In this document: one piece after another, positions 52,459 to 61,572 of the stretch
Numbering within the stretch: position 1 is the first letter of the stretch
How the letters are laid out: the number at the start of each line of letters is the position of its first letter
From: an uncultured Chloroflexia bacterium
GTDB lineage: Bacteria > Chloroflexota > Chloroflexia > Thermomicrobiales > UBA6265
Assembly (NCBI GenBank): GCA_963724295.1
Contig: CAVRUC010000007.1
Location: 512,001-576,000 of the forward strand
Direction: 5' to 3'
Length of the DNA stretch: 64,000 nucleotides
Program-made: the position numbers and the translations under genes
The notes under the pieces: model-generated
Told to the model about the DNA's origin: nothing
Seen by the model: the letters and a program-made list of their open reading frames with translations, nothing else
The model's database searches: none

Positions 52459-53580
52459 TCAGAGGCGAATTACCGAGCGCAGCGTCTCTCCCCGCTCCAT
52501 GGCGTGGAATCCTTCTTCCGCCTCCTCCAGCGAGATGACCCGGGTCACGACCCGATCCAGATCGAGGCGGCCCTGCTGATACCACTCCGCCAGCAGCGGG
52601 AAGTCCCGCGTCGGCAGGCAGTCGCCATACCAGGACGGCCGGATATGGCCGCCGAGGTCAAACAACTTGCCAAGTGGCAACTGGTCCAGGCTCGATTGTG
52701 GACCGGCCACGCCGATGATGACGCAGGTTCCGGCCAGGTCCCGGCTGAAGATAGCTTGCATGGTCGTGTCCGGGCGTCCCACCGCCTCGAACGAGTAGTT
52801 CACGCCGTAACCGCCGGTGATCGCCTTGATCGCTTCGACCGGGTCGCCCTCGGTCGGGTTGACGGTGTGGGTGGCGCCGAACTCGCGCGCCCACTCCAGT
52901 TTGCGCGGATCGATGTCGACGCCGATGATCGTCGTCGCCCCCGCCAGGCGACTGCCCATGATCACCGAGTCCCCAACCCCACCGCAGCCGAAGACCGCCA
53001 CCGAGGTTCCTGGTTTCACGCCAGCGGTATAGAGTGCCGCGCCGACGCCGGTCATCACGCCGCACCCAATGAGACTCATCTGCTCCGGCGGCAGTGCCGG
53101 ATCGTAGGGTATGCACTGCTTGCTGTGGACTAGGGTGTGGGTGCAGAAGGTGCCGATACCGAGGATCGGCGTCAGCGTGATGCCATCCATCGTGCGCATC
53201 CGCTTTTCGGCGTTGAGGCTCGCGGCGCAGAGGTGGGGTTGACCGACCTGGCAGAAACGGCACTGGCCGCAGGGTGCACGCCAGGCCAGGATCACGTGGT
53301 CGCCGGGCGCCACGTTGGTGACCCCTTCGCCGACCTGCTCCACGACGGCCGCGCCTTCGTGCCCAAGCAGGAAGGGAAACCCCTCCGTCCCGAAGACGCC
53401 GTTCTTCGCCGACAGATCGGTGTGACAGACACCGCTGGCGAGGATGCGAACGAGCGCTTCGCCCGGTCCCGGCGGGTCGATGGTGAACTCCTCGACCACG
53501 CCGGGTTCTCCCGGTTGGCGGGCGATGACACCGCGGGCGACGATCGACCCGTTGCCGTTGCTTGCCGAAGATTCCGCCAC
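52459..53580 (-). CDS. Zn-dependent alcohol dehydrogenase, S-(hydroxymethyl)mycothiol dehydrogenase (MscR)-like
   Basis: CHTD, GHE, WRAPCGQCRFC, GCGGVG, SWYGDCLPTRDFP. Confidence 0.88.
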   Translation of the reverse strand: MAESSASNGNGSIVARGVIARQPGEPGVVEEFTIDPPGPGEALVRILASGVCHTDLSAKNGVFGTEGFPFLLGHEGAAVVEQVGEGVTNVAPGDHVILAWRAPCGQCRFCQVGQPHLCAASLNAEKRMRTMDGITLTPILGIGTFCTHTLVHSKQCIPYDPALPPEQMSLIGCGVMTGVGAALYTAGVKPGTSVAVFGCGGVGDSVIMGSRLAGATTIIGVDIDPRKLEWAREFGATHTVNPTEGDPVEAIKAITGGYGVNYSFEAVGRPDTTMQAIFSRDLAGTCVIIGVAGPQSSLDQLPLGKLFDLGGHIRPSWYGDCLPTRDFPLLAEWYQQGRLDLDRVVTRVISLEEAEEGFHAMERGETLRSVIRL

Positions 53581-53803
53581 GGGGCTGCTCCTTGTCTCAT
53601 ATCGCGGTGCGACTGACGTTCAACTCGGTCAGGCTGACTGCGCGCTTTCCCGCAATCGTTACACATCTTCCAGGGCAGCGCACCCCGCCGCAGGCGCACT
53701 CGGCGGTCTCCCCTCTGGACGCCCACCGGGCCATCTCGTACGATCCAGCCGGCCTACGTCGACAATCGTGGCGCATGATGGACATGCGCGGAGGAGTCAC
53801 CCC

Positions 53804-54151
53804 GTGGCGGAAACGATCCGGAAGGCATTCGTCCTCAAGCTCAAGCCCGGCGCGCTGGACGACTACATCTACTGGCACGACAACATCTGGCCGGAGCTGC
53901 AGCAGGAGATCGCCCGGCAAGGCATCGCCGAGATCTCGCTGTTCCAGCTCGACGACATGATCTTTCTCCACTCTCGCGTCAATGACCCCGAGGCCTGGAC
54001 GCGGCTCTGGGACTCTGACGTCCACCGCCGCTGGGGCGAGCTGATGAACCCGCTGATGCACTACCGGGACGACGGCATCATCGATTCGCGCGAGCTGCGC
54101 GAGATCTGGCACTTCACACCTGACACCGCCGGCCAAACCAGTGCCGGCTGA
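53804..54151 (+). CDS. rhaM: L-rhamnose mutarotase
   Basis: RKAFVLKLKPG...Y..WHD.IWPE...RRWGELM; GGAGGAG RBS. Confidence 0.82.
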   Translation: MAETIRKAFVLKLKPGALDDYIYWHDNIWPELQQEIARQGIAEISLFQLDDMIFLHSRVNDPEAWTRLWDSDVHRRWGELMNPLMHYRDDGIIDSRELREIWHFTPDTAGQTSAG

Positions 54152-55613
54152 TCGGTACGATTTCGTCGTCGTCGGGGCAGGCTCCGCGGGCTGCGCGCTG
54201 ACCAACCGGCTCTCGGCGGACCCATCCGCCTCGGTCCTCCTCCTGGAAGCAGGGGGCGCGGACGATCGCGAGGCGATCCGGGTCCCGCGTCAGTACTTCT
54301 CACTCTGGGGCACCGACGTCGACTGGCAGTACGTCTCCACGCCACAGTCCGGAACGGCTGGCCGCACCCATCTCATGCCGCGCGGCCGTGTCCTCGGCGG
54401 CACGAGCAGTCTCAATGGCATGGTCTACCTGCGCGGCGCCGCGTCGGACTACGACCGCTGGGCCGCGGCCGGGTGCGCGGGCTGGGACTGGCGGTCGGTG
54501 CGGACGGCGTTCGAGGAGCTCGAAGCGTGGCTCCGTCCGGCGGTCTTGCACCCACATAACGACTTGACCGAGGCGATGGTCGAAGCCGCGACCCAGGCCG
54601 GCTTCCCCTATAACCCATCGTTCGACAGCGGCACGCTCGACGGCGTCGGCTGGAACAAGTCGACGATTGCCAACAGCGAGCGCTTCAACGCCTACCGCGC
54701 ATTTGTCGCGCCGGTGCTGGATCGGCCAAATCTGCATCTCCAGACCGGCGCCCGGGTGCTGCGCATCGTGGTCGAGGGCAACCGCGCGCGGGGTGTAGAA
54801 GTCCAGCGTGATGATGGCTCCCTGGAGACGATCAACGCGGGAGAGGTGATCCTCTGCGCGGGAGCGTTCGATTCGCCCCGCATCTTGCTCCTCTCCGGGA
54901 TCGGCCCCGCGGCCCAGCTGGAGCGGCTCGGCATCGCGCCGGTCGCCGACCTGCCGGTGGGCGAGAATCTGATCGATCACCTGCTGATCGGGGTCGTCTA
55001 CGACTCGTTGCAGCCGATCTCCGACTGCAACGCCTACGCCACCGAGGGCTGCGCCTTCACCCGCTCGACGCCGGATCGCGCCGATTGCGACATCCAGATC
55101 TCATTCGCCAAGGAGCCACACTTCGCCCCGGAGACGAACGACGGTGTGCCGCGCTTCACCATCATTCCGGGGATCACCCGCCCCAGGAGCCGCGGTACGG
55201 TCTGCCTTACGGCTGCCGATCCCGATGCCCCACTCGAGATCGACCCCTGCTACTTCAGCCACCCCGACGACATGCAGGCCATGATCCGGGCCGTTCGCCT
55301 CAGCCGGGAGATCGCCGAGCAGCCGGCCCTCGCCGCGTGGAACGCCGGGGAGCATTTCCCTGGTCCCGCGGTCCGCGACGATGACGAGATCGCGGCCTAC
55401 GTCGCGCGCGACGTCAGCACCTGGTTCCACCCGGTCGGTACCTGCCGCATAGGCGTCGAAGCAGACGCGGTGGTCGATCCCACGCTCCGCGTCCATGGCA
55501 TCGCCGGGCTGCGGGTTGCGGACGCCTCGATCATGCCCGACATCGTCTCCGTGAACACCAACGCCGCCGCGACGATGATCGGCTGGAAGGCCGGTGACCA
55601 CGCACTCGCGTGA
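54141..55613 (+). CDS. GMC family oxidoreductase (choline dehydrogenase-like)
   Basis: GAGSAG, RGRVLGGTSSLN, SPRILLLSGIG, WFHPVGTC, DASIMP...NT. Confidence 0.93.
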   Translation: MPADRYDFVVVGAGSAGCALTNRLSADPSASVLLLEAGGADDREAIRVPRQYFSLWGTDVDWQYVSTPQSGTAGRTHLMPRGRVLGGTSSLNGMVYLRGAASDYDRWAAAGCAGWDWRSVRTAFEELEAWLRPAVLHPHNDLTEAMVEAATQAGFPYNPSFDSGTLDGVGWNKSTIANSERFNAYRAFVAPVLDRPNLHLQTGARVLRIVVEGNRARGVEVQRDDGSLETINAGEVILCAGAFDSPRILLLSGIGPAAQLERLGIAPVADLPVGENLIDHLLIGVVYDSLQPISDCNAYATEGCAFTRSTPDRADCDIQISFAKEPHFAPETNDGVPRFTIIPGITRPRSRGTVCLTAADPDAPLEIDPCYFSHPDDMQAMIRAVRLSREIAEQPALAAWNAGEHFPGPAVRDDDEIAAYVARDVSTWFHPVGTCRIGVEADAVVDPTLRVHGIAGLRVADASIMPDIVSVNTNAAATMIGWKAGDHALA

Positions 55614-55619
55614 CGCGCG

Positions 55620-55712
55620 TAGAGCGGAGCAGCCTATGCCCGGCAGGGCGCGGCGCGCCCTGCCTCCAGCGGCCACGACTCGCAGCATGTCGTCAAAGTG
55701 TCCATCGTCCAT
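55620..55712 (-). pseudogene. Truncated 5' remnant of another MD..FD..LR leader gene
   Basis: GGAG RBS, then MDDGHFDDMLRVVAAGGRARRALPG; the frame runs on into the antisense strand of the GMC gene. Confidence 0.45.
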
Positions 55713-55738
55713 CACCGGCTCTCCTGCAGGTGGCGGTC

Positions 55739-56098
55739 CTATTGGCAGACGCCGGCGCCGTTGCAAAACGAGGTCGAACCGCAGCAGTCGCAGTTGAAGA
55801 GGCACGAACCGCCGGCTGGCTTGCAGCAGACAGCGCGGTCATCGGAGCGACAGAAGTTCAAGGCGCAGATGGAGCCGGTCTTGCTCGGGCAACACTGCTT
55901 GTTGCTGCTACAGACCTGTTTGAGGCCCACCGAACGACACCGCCGGCGCCGGGCGTCGGCATCTTGCTGGACACCGCTCAGGCCGACAGCGGCCAAGGCC
56001 GAGCTCGCCAGAGCACCTGCGCCGGCACGGATGAACTGGCGTCGCGACGGGGCGACGGCATACGAGCGAGTCAGCGCATCGAATTTCTTGGTTTCCAT
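55739..56098 (-). CDS. Tat-exported Cys-rich miniprotein (14 Cys, two knottin-like modules)
   Basis: GGAGGAG RBS; METKKFDALTR..SRRQFI..ADA followed by RRRRC...CC...CC...CC...CQ. Confidence 0.85.
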   Translation of the reverse strand: METKKFDALTRSYAVAPSRRQFIRAGAGALASSALAAVGLSGVQQDADARRRRCRSVGLKQVCSSNKQCCPSKTGSICALNFCRSDDRAVCCKPAGGSCLFNCDCCGSTSFCNGAGVCQ

Positions 56099-56341
56099 AA
56101 CTCCTCCTGGTTCTTCTGAGAGCGACCGCACCGGCCGCGCTCGTCTCCGGTTCCGAACTCCACGTTGGTCGCGTGGACCTGCGGCGATCATGGGCTCGTG
56201 AGACGACCCTCACCACCCGCAGGGGACACATTTCGGGCACGCATCGAGCACATCTCTGAAGCGTCTGGCGTCATGAGGCAAGGGCCGACAGTCCCCGCGG
56301 TTGCCGTGGCATCCAGGTCACCTTGTTCCTGTCGGCGTCTG

Positions 56342-56614
56342 CTAGCGATAGAAGTAGGGATCGAGAACGGAGACCTGCGAGATGTGGTCGACGGGAAGTC
56401 CGTTGCGCGCCGCGGCCTGGCGAATGGCTTCGGGATCCGGGCCGTCATAGATGCAGAACGTGGTCTGCTTGTCGGCGCTCACGTAGGACTGGATCCAGGT
56501 CACGCCGGCGTCGGCGTTACGTTCGACCACGCTGAGGCAGGCGGCGCTCCCCTCCTCCGTGACCGGGATTTGCAGGCCGTCAGGAAACGTGCGCTGCACC
56601 ACATAGCGTGGCAT
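56342..56614 (-). CDS. DUF4242 domain protein (SCO4226-like)
   Basis: MPRYVVQRTFP...VTWIQSYVS.D...TFCIYDGP.PEAIR...NGLPVD.I. Confidence 0.9.
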   Translation of the reverse strand: MPRYVVQRTFPDGLQIPVTEEGSAACLSVVERNADAGVTWIQSYVSADKQTTFCIYDGPDPEAIRQAAARNGLPVDHISQVSVLDPYFYR

Positions 56615-56750
56615 GACATGACCTCCCACCGGTGGGGAAGCGACAGAAGCGGCCGGAATCCCTCACTGGAATCCCATGTCCGGTTTCGTCCGTCCCACCA
56701 ATGGGGCCATCATGCGCGCCGCCGGAGAGGGGGCGCATCGGGTGGAGACC

Positions 56751-59417
56751 CTACTTTGCGGAGGCAGATTCCCTATCTTGGGTGACGGTGAGCTGAAGAC
56801 CCAGGCGAGCGGCCGCGGCCGCTACTTCGCCGCGAGAATGGACGCCGAGCTTGGCCAGGATGTGGCCGACGTGGTGGCCGACCGTCTTGGGCGAGAGGTA
56901 GAGCCGTTGCGCGATGTCGGCATCACGTTGCCCGGCGGCGAGGAGGGGCAGAATCTCCAGCTCGCGGGCGGTCAATTGGCAGGGTTGGCCCGGGTGGTCG
57001 GGCGCGGCCCGCGCGGAATGGCGTGGGCGCCGCCCTCGCGCAGCCGCCGCGCGGCGAGAGCGGCTGCTGGTCGCGCGCCCAATCGCTCGAAGATCGCCAG
57101 GGCGCGACGTAAAGCCGGCTCGTCGCCATCGAGGAGCGCCAGCGCCGCGTCGTAGGGGCAGTCGAGCGCTTCCCAGGCCGCCGCCGCGCCGGCCCAGTCT
57201 CCGCCGAGCGCGAGACGATGCGGCGTCGGCAAGTGCTCCGGATCGACGAGGTCGATTGCCGGCTCCATTGTGGCTGGAACGTTGCAGCCAGATCGCCAGC
57301 TCGCCAAGTTCCCAGGGTGAGCCAAAGCGGAGCGCCAGCTCGAGCACCGCCTGCACTTCCGCCGCGGCGCGCTCGGTCTCCCCAGCCAACCATGCCGCTT
57401 CCGCGCGGGCGCTGCGGACCGGCCCCAGACGTTGCATCTCACCGATCGGCGCCGCGAGCGCCAGCGCTTCGTCGAGCGGGCCGGTCACGTCGGGATCACC
57501 CCGGCGAGCGCGGACGAGCCCGCGCGTGACCAACGCCGCGATCCGACTGATGGCGGCGACGTTTGGCGCAGTGAGGACGGCGGCCGAATCGTCGGTGGCC
57601 GCCGTCCAATCACCTTGGAGGAGCCGCAGATAACCGCGCAAGGCGAGCAGATAGTGTCGTAAGGAATCGAGGTCATGGTCGGTTGTGAAGGTGATCGCGT
57701 CGGCCAAATAGGCTTCGGCGCGAGGCAGGTCGCGCGCATGGACGGCGTGCCAGCTCAGGTTCGTCAGCGCGCGCGTCACGTGCTCCTCGAAACCCGCGGC
57801 GCGGGCCAGGGCGAGGCCGCGCTCCAACTCGTCGCGACCGCGCTCGTCGCCCGCCATGAGCCGCGCCGTGCCGACATTGGTCAACGCATGGACCAGGATC
57901 TCCGGCTCATCGAGGGCCTCCGCGAGGGCAATCGCGCGCTCTCCCCAGGCGACCGCCGATGCGGTCTCCCCGGCCAGCATGTAGAGCTGAGCGCGGTTGC
58001 TGAGCGCCATCGCCAGCTCCCGGCCGGGCGGCAAGGTCTCGAGGACGGCCAGCGCCGCTTCGGCTGCGGCGACCGCCTCGTCGTTGTGACCGGCGAACCA
58101 CGAATAGCGAGAGATCCAGCGCAGCGCATGGCCTTCTCGCACGCGGTCGTCTTGCGCTCGCCAGATCTGCAGCGCCTCCCGCCGCATCTCGACCGCTTCC
58201 GCCACACCTTCGGTCAAGTAGCACTCGTAGAGCGCACGCCTCGAGCAGTTCGGCTCGCTCCGTCGGCGGCTGGTCGCGGGCGAACCGAAGGGCCCGGGCG
58301 ATACTGGGCAGCAGCCTCGCGGTGGGCGTTCAGTCTGGCCGCTCGCCGCCCGGCCGCCGGCGCGAAGAGGAGCACGGCTTCCTGGTCGTCAGCTGCTTCG
58401 GCGTGGTGCGCCAGTCGAGCGGCGTCCTGCTCCAGCGATGGGGCTCGCTCGCAGCGTAGCCAGAACCTGCCGATGCAGGTCGCGGCGCCGCGGCGCCGAG
58501 ATCGCATCGTAGATCGCCGCTCGCGCCAGGTCGTGGCGAAAGGCAAAGCCATCGCCGCTCACGGCGACGAGCATCCCGCTAACCAGGCACTCCTCGATCG
58601 CCTCGACCGTCGTCCCGGCGGTCCCGTTCAGGAGATCGGCGTCGATCGGGGACCCGATCACAGCCGCCGCATCGAGCGCCGTCCGCGCCTCCGAAGTGAG
58701 TCGGGATGCGCGCGCCAGTACAGCGTCACGGACCGTGACGGGGACGCCGTCGCCTTCGCCACTGTCGGCCGCCAGGATCTCGGTGGCGAAGAAAGGATTG
58801 CCGCCGGTGAATCGATGCACGGAGAGTGGATCCAGCGTGCTGCCCGCGGCCAACGTCTGGATACTCTCCACGGAGAGCGGTGACACGTGCAGTCGACGCA
58901 TCGTTTTGCTCGTGGCTAGATCGCCCAGAGCCAGCCGTAGCGGGTGCTTGGCGCCGACTTCATCGTCGCGATAGGTGACGACCAGGAGGGCCCGCAGCGG
59001 TTCCAACCGCCGGCCGAGGTAGCGAAGGAGGTCGAGTGTCGCGTCGTCGGCCCAGTGGGCGTCCTCGACAATGGCCAGCGTCGGGGTCAGTCCGCTGGTG
59101 AGCTCGGTCAGGAACGCCTGAAAGAGACGGTCACGCGGGGCATCGTCGGCCAGCAGACGATCGAGCGTGCCACCGGCCTGGTACGCGATGTCCTGCAGCG
59201 GTGCCAATGGCCGCGGCGTCGAGAGCGGATCACAGGCTCCGAGCAGGATCCGCGCCCGTCCCTCAGCGGCGACTGCCTCCGAGAAGCGTGCGACCAGAGC
59301 CGACTTGCCGACACCGGCTTCCCCCGCGACGAGGGCCAACCGGCCCTGGCCGGCCGCCGCCTCCCGCAGCCAGGCATCGAGTGCCTCCAGATGCCGCTCG
59401 CGCTCCAGCAGGTGCAT
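56751..59417 (-). CDS. AAA/STAND ATPase-TPR-LuxR HTH transcriptional regulator (LAL-like), at least 4 frameshifts
   Basis: LLERE, GEAGVGKS, EDAHWAD, TGGNPFF, FRHDL, LAHHA; C-terminal LTARE...IA.RLYLSPKTV..HV..IL.KL. Confidence 0.9.
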
Positions 59418-59826
59418 GCGCGCAGCGTATGCAAAAACGCCTTCCCGTCAAGCCAACCGCCAATTGCCTGGAGCCGGCTGCGGCGGGTCTGCAACAAGCC
59501 AGGAGTGCGGATCGCCCTTGGGAGTACCCGCCGGTTTCAGTCACGCGCGGGTCACGATCCGCTATGCGCTAACTGCCTACCTCCCGAATAATCAGGAGCG
59601 CTGCATCGAGCAATGTCCGAACTCCTCCGATGCGCGCGGAATTCCCGCTTTGCTCAAAGTCGACCGCGTCGAAACGAGTGGGAGAGCGTCGTCTCGCGGC
59701 ATGAGCTCGACTCAGCAATCGAGCACCGGGATGAAAAACATGATGCAGGTGATCAGGGGCTCTCCTCAGGTTGCTCCGAATGAGATAGGATGGAGCGAGT
59801 TGGCAGTGATGTATTTCGATAACCCG

Positions 59827-59865
59827 GCGAAACCCCTTCGACCCCGCCCGGCGAAGGGGTTTCGC
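59827..59865. terminator. Strong hairpin, probable terminator of the fixC-like gene (symmetrical)
   Basis: GCGAAACCCCTTCG-N11-CGAAGGGGTTTCGC. Confidence 0.7.
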
Positions 59866-59980
59866 AATCTCCATATCACGGGGCCCCAAATTCCTGTTTC
59901 GCCTGGTAATCTGCGTTCGGTCCCCGATCTTGGCGCCAAGGGCTATCGTCCCAACCAGAACCACATGCCTGAAGTCGCGC

Positions 59981-61276
59981 CTATGTCAGCGCGCGGGCCG
60001 CACCAACCAGGTCGTCGAGCAGGCGGCGCTTGGGGAGCGCTTTGATCATGGCGACGATCTTCTTCTGTTTCGCCTTCTTTGGCACCCCGTCGACGCGCAA
60101 GTACTCCTCGAACATTGCCGAGAGCACCTGTGGATAGTCGCGCAACAGGTGCGGCCGCGCGTGCGCGAAGTCGGTGACATTGCGGATCTTGTGCAGGTCG
60201 GCCATCACGATGCTCTCGTCGAGAAGCTCGCGGTAGCGCGACAGGCTCATCGCCGAGAAGTCGTCCTTCGCTTTGGCCTCGATGATGGCTTGCGCCGCCA
60301 GCTTGCCCGAGAGCATGGCCAGATTCCCGCCCTCGCGATTCACTGGATTGACGAGCTGCGCGGCATCGCCGACGACGACGGCGCCGTCGGCGAAGACTTG
60401 CGGCAGCCGGTTGTAGCCCGCCTCCGGAATCAGGTGACCCGAGTACTCGAGCGTCTCCCCGCCGGCGATGAGCGGCGCGATTGCCGGGTGGGCCTTGAAG
60501 CGGTCGAGCATGTCGTTGACGTTCAAGCCGGATGTGATCAGATCTTCCAGCAGCGCGCCGGTGCCGATCGAAAGGCTCTCCTTGTTGGTGTAGATGAAGC
60601 CGTAGCCAAGGAGCCCCCAGGTCGACTCGCCAAAGATCTCCAGCGCGGTGCCCATCCCGGCCGGTAGCGCGAAGCGCGCCTCGATGACGTCCGGGGGCAG
60701 CGCGATCAGCTCCTTGGCCACCAGCGCCTGCTCGATTGGCTCCCACTCGCGGTGCAATCCGATCTTCTGCGCCAGCATGGAGTTCGCCCCGTCGGCAATG
60801 ACGACGCAGCGCGCCAGCAGCTCGCCCTCCGCATCGCCGGTGGTGACGCCGACGACGGCGCCCTCCTCCCAGAGCAGATCGACGACGGTGAACTCGGCAT
60901 AGACCTCCGCCCCGGCCTCCTCCGCTTTGGTGGCGTACCAGCGATCGAAGGGAGAGCGCAGCACGGTGTAGGCGTTGAACGGGGGCTCGGCGAAGCGTTG
61001 CGAGCGGTAGGTGGCGCCCATCATCGCGTCATCGGTAAGCAGCAGGTAGCGCTGCTCGACGATGGGGCGCTCCAGAGGCGCCTCTTCCTCGAACCCCGGC
61101 GCCATGGCCTCGGTCGGCTCCCGGTAGAGAATCCCGCCCCAGACGTTCTTGGCTCCCGGAAACTGGCCGCGCTCCAGCACGACGACCGAGAGCCCGGCCG
61201 CCGCCATCTCCCTGGCCGCGGTGATCCCGGCCGGCCCGGCCCCCACCACGATGGCATCAAATCGATCGTCATCCAT
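59981..61276 (-). CDS. fixC: FixC-like ETF:quinone oxidoreductase flavoprotein
   Basis: VGAGPAG, ERG.FPGAKNV.GG, APLER, YTVLR..FDRW, GFIYTNKES, EYSGHLIPE, VGDAA, EGGNLAM.SG. Confidence 0.85.
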   Translation of the reverse strand: MDDDRFDAIVVGAGPAGITAAREMAAAGLSVVVLERGQFPGAKNVWGGILYREPTEAMAPGFEEEAPLERPIVEQRYLLLTDDAMMGATYRSQRFAEPPFNAYTVLRSPFDRWYATKAEEAGAEVYAEFTVVDLLWEEGAVVGVTTGDAEGELLARCVVIADGANSMLAQKIGLHREWEPIEQALVAKELIALPPDVIEARFALPAGMGTALEIFGESTWGLLGYGFIYTNKESLSIGTGALLEDLITSGLNVNDMLDRFKAHPAIAPLIAGGETLEYSGHLIPEAGYNRLPQVFADGAVVVGDAAQLVNPVNREGGNLAMLSGKLAAQAIIEAKAKDDFSAMSLSRYRELLDESIVMADLHKIRNVTDFAHARPHLLRDYPQVLSAMFEEYLRVDGVPKKAKQKKIVAMIKALPKRRLLDDLVGAARALT

Positions 61277-61311
61277 GCCCGGATCCTTTTTTCAACCAGT
61301 GCGCGGAAAGT

Positions 61312-61338
61312 TTGCCAAGTTTGCCAAGCATTGCCAAG
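61312..61338. repeat. Triple direct repeat TTGCCAAG in the divergent promoter region
   Basis: Copies at 61312, 61321 and 61331. Confidence 0.7.
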
Positions 61339-61351
61339 TTGCGGACGAATT

Positions 61352-61468
61352 GGGTCACAGGGTCGCAGGGTGGCAGGGAGAACGATGACCCCCCGCCACC
61401 CTGCCACCACGAGCGCAGCGAGTAACCACCCCGACACCCGACACGCGAACCCAACACCCATCACCCCC
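61352..61468. repeat. Third copy of the dispersed octamer repeat element
   Basis: GGGTCACA GGGTCGCA GGGTGGCA ... CCACCCTGCCACCACGAGCGCAGCGAGTAACCACCCC. Confidence 0.75.
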
Positions 61469-61572
61469 GGCCCCGCTATACTCCTTGCTGCTTTCGCGAG
61501 GAATCGGTACATCGCTGAATCCGCGCCGAACCGCGGGTTTTCGACACGTCTAGGCAAGGGGCAATCGGCCAG

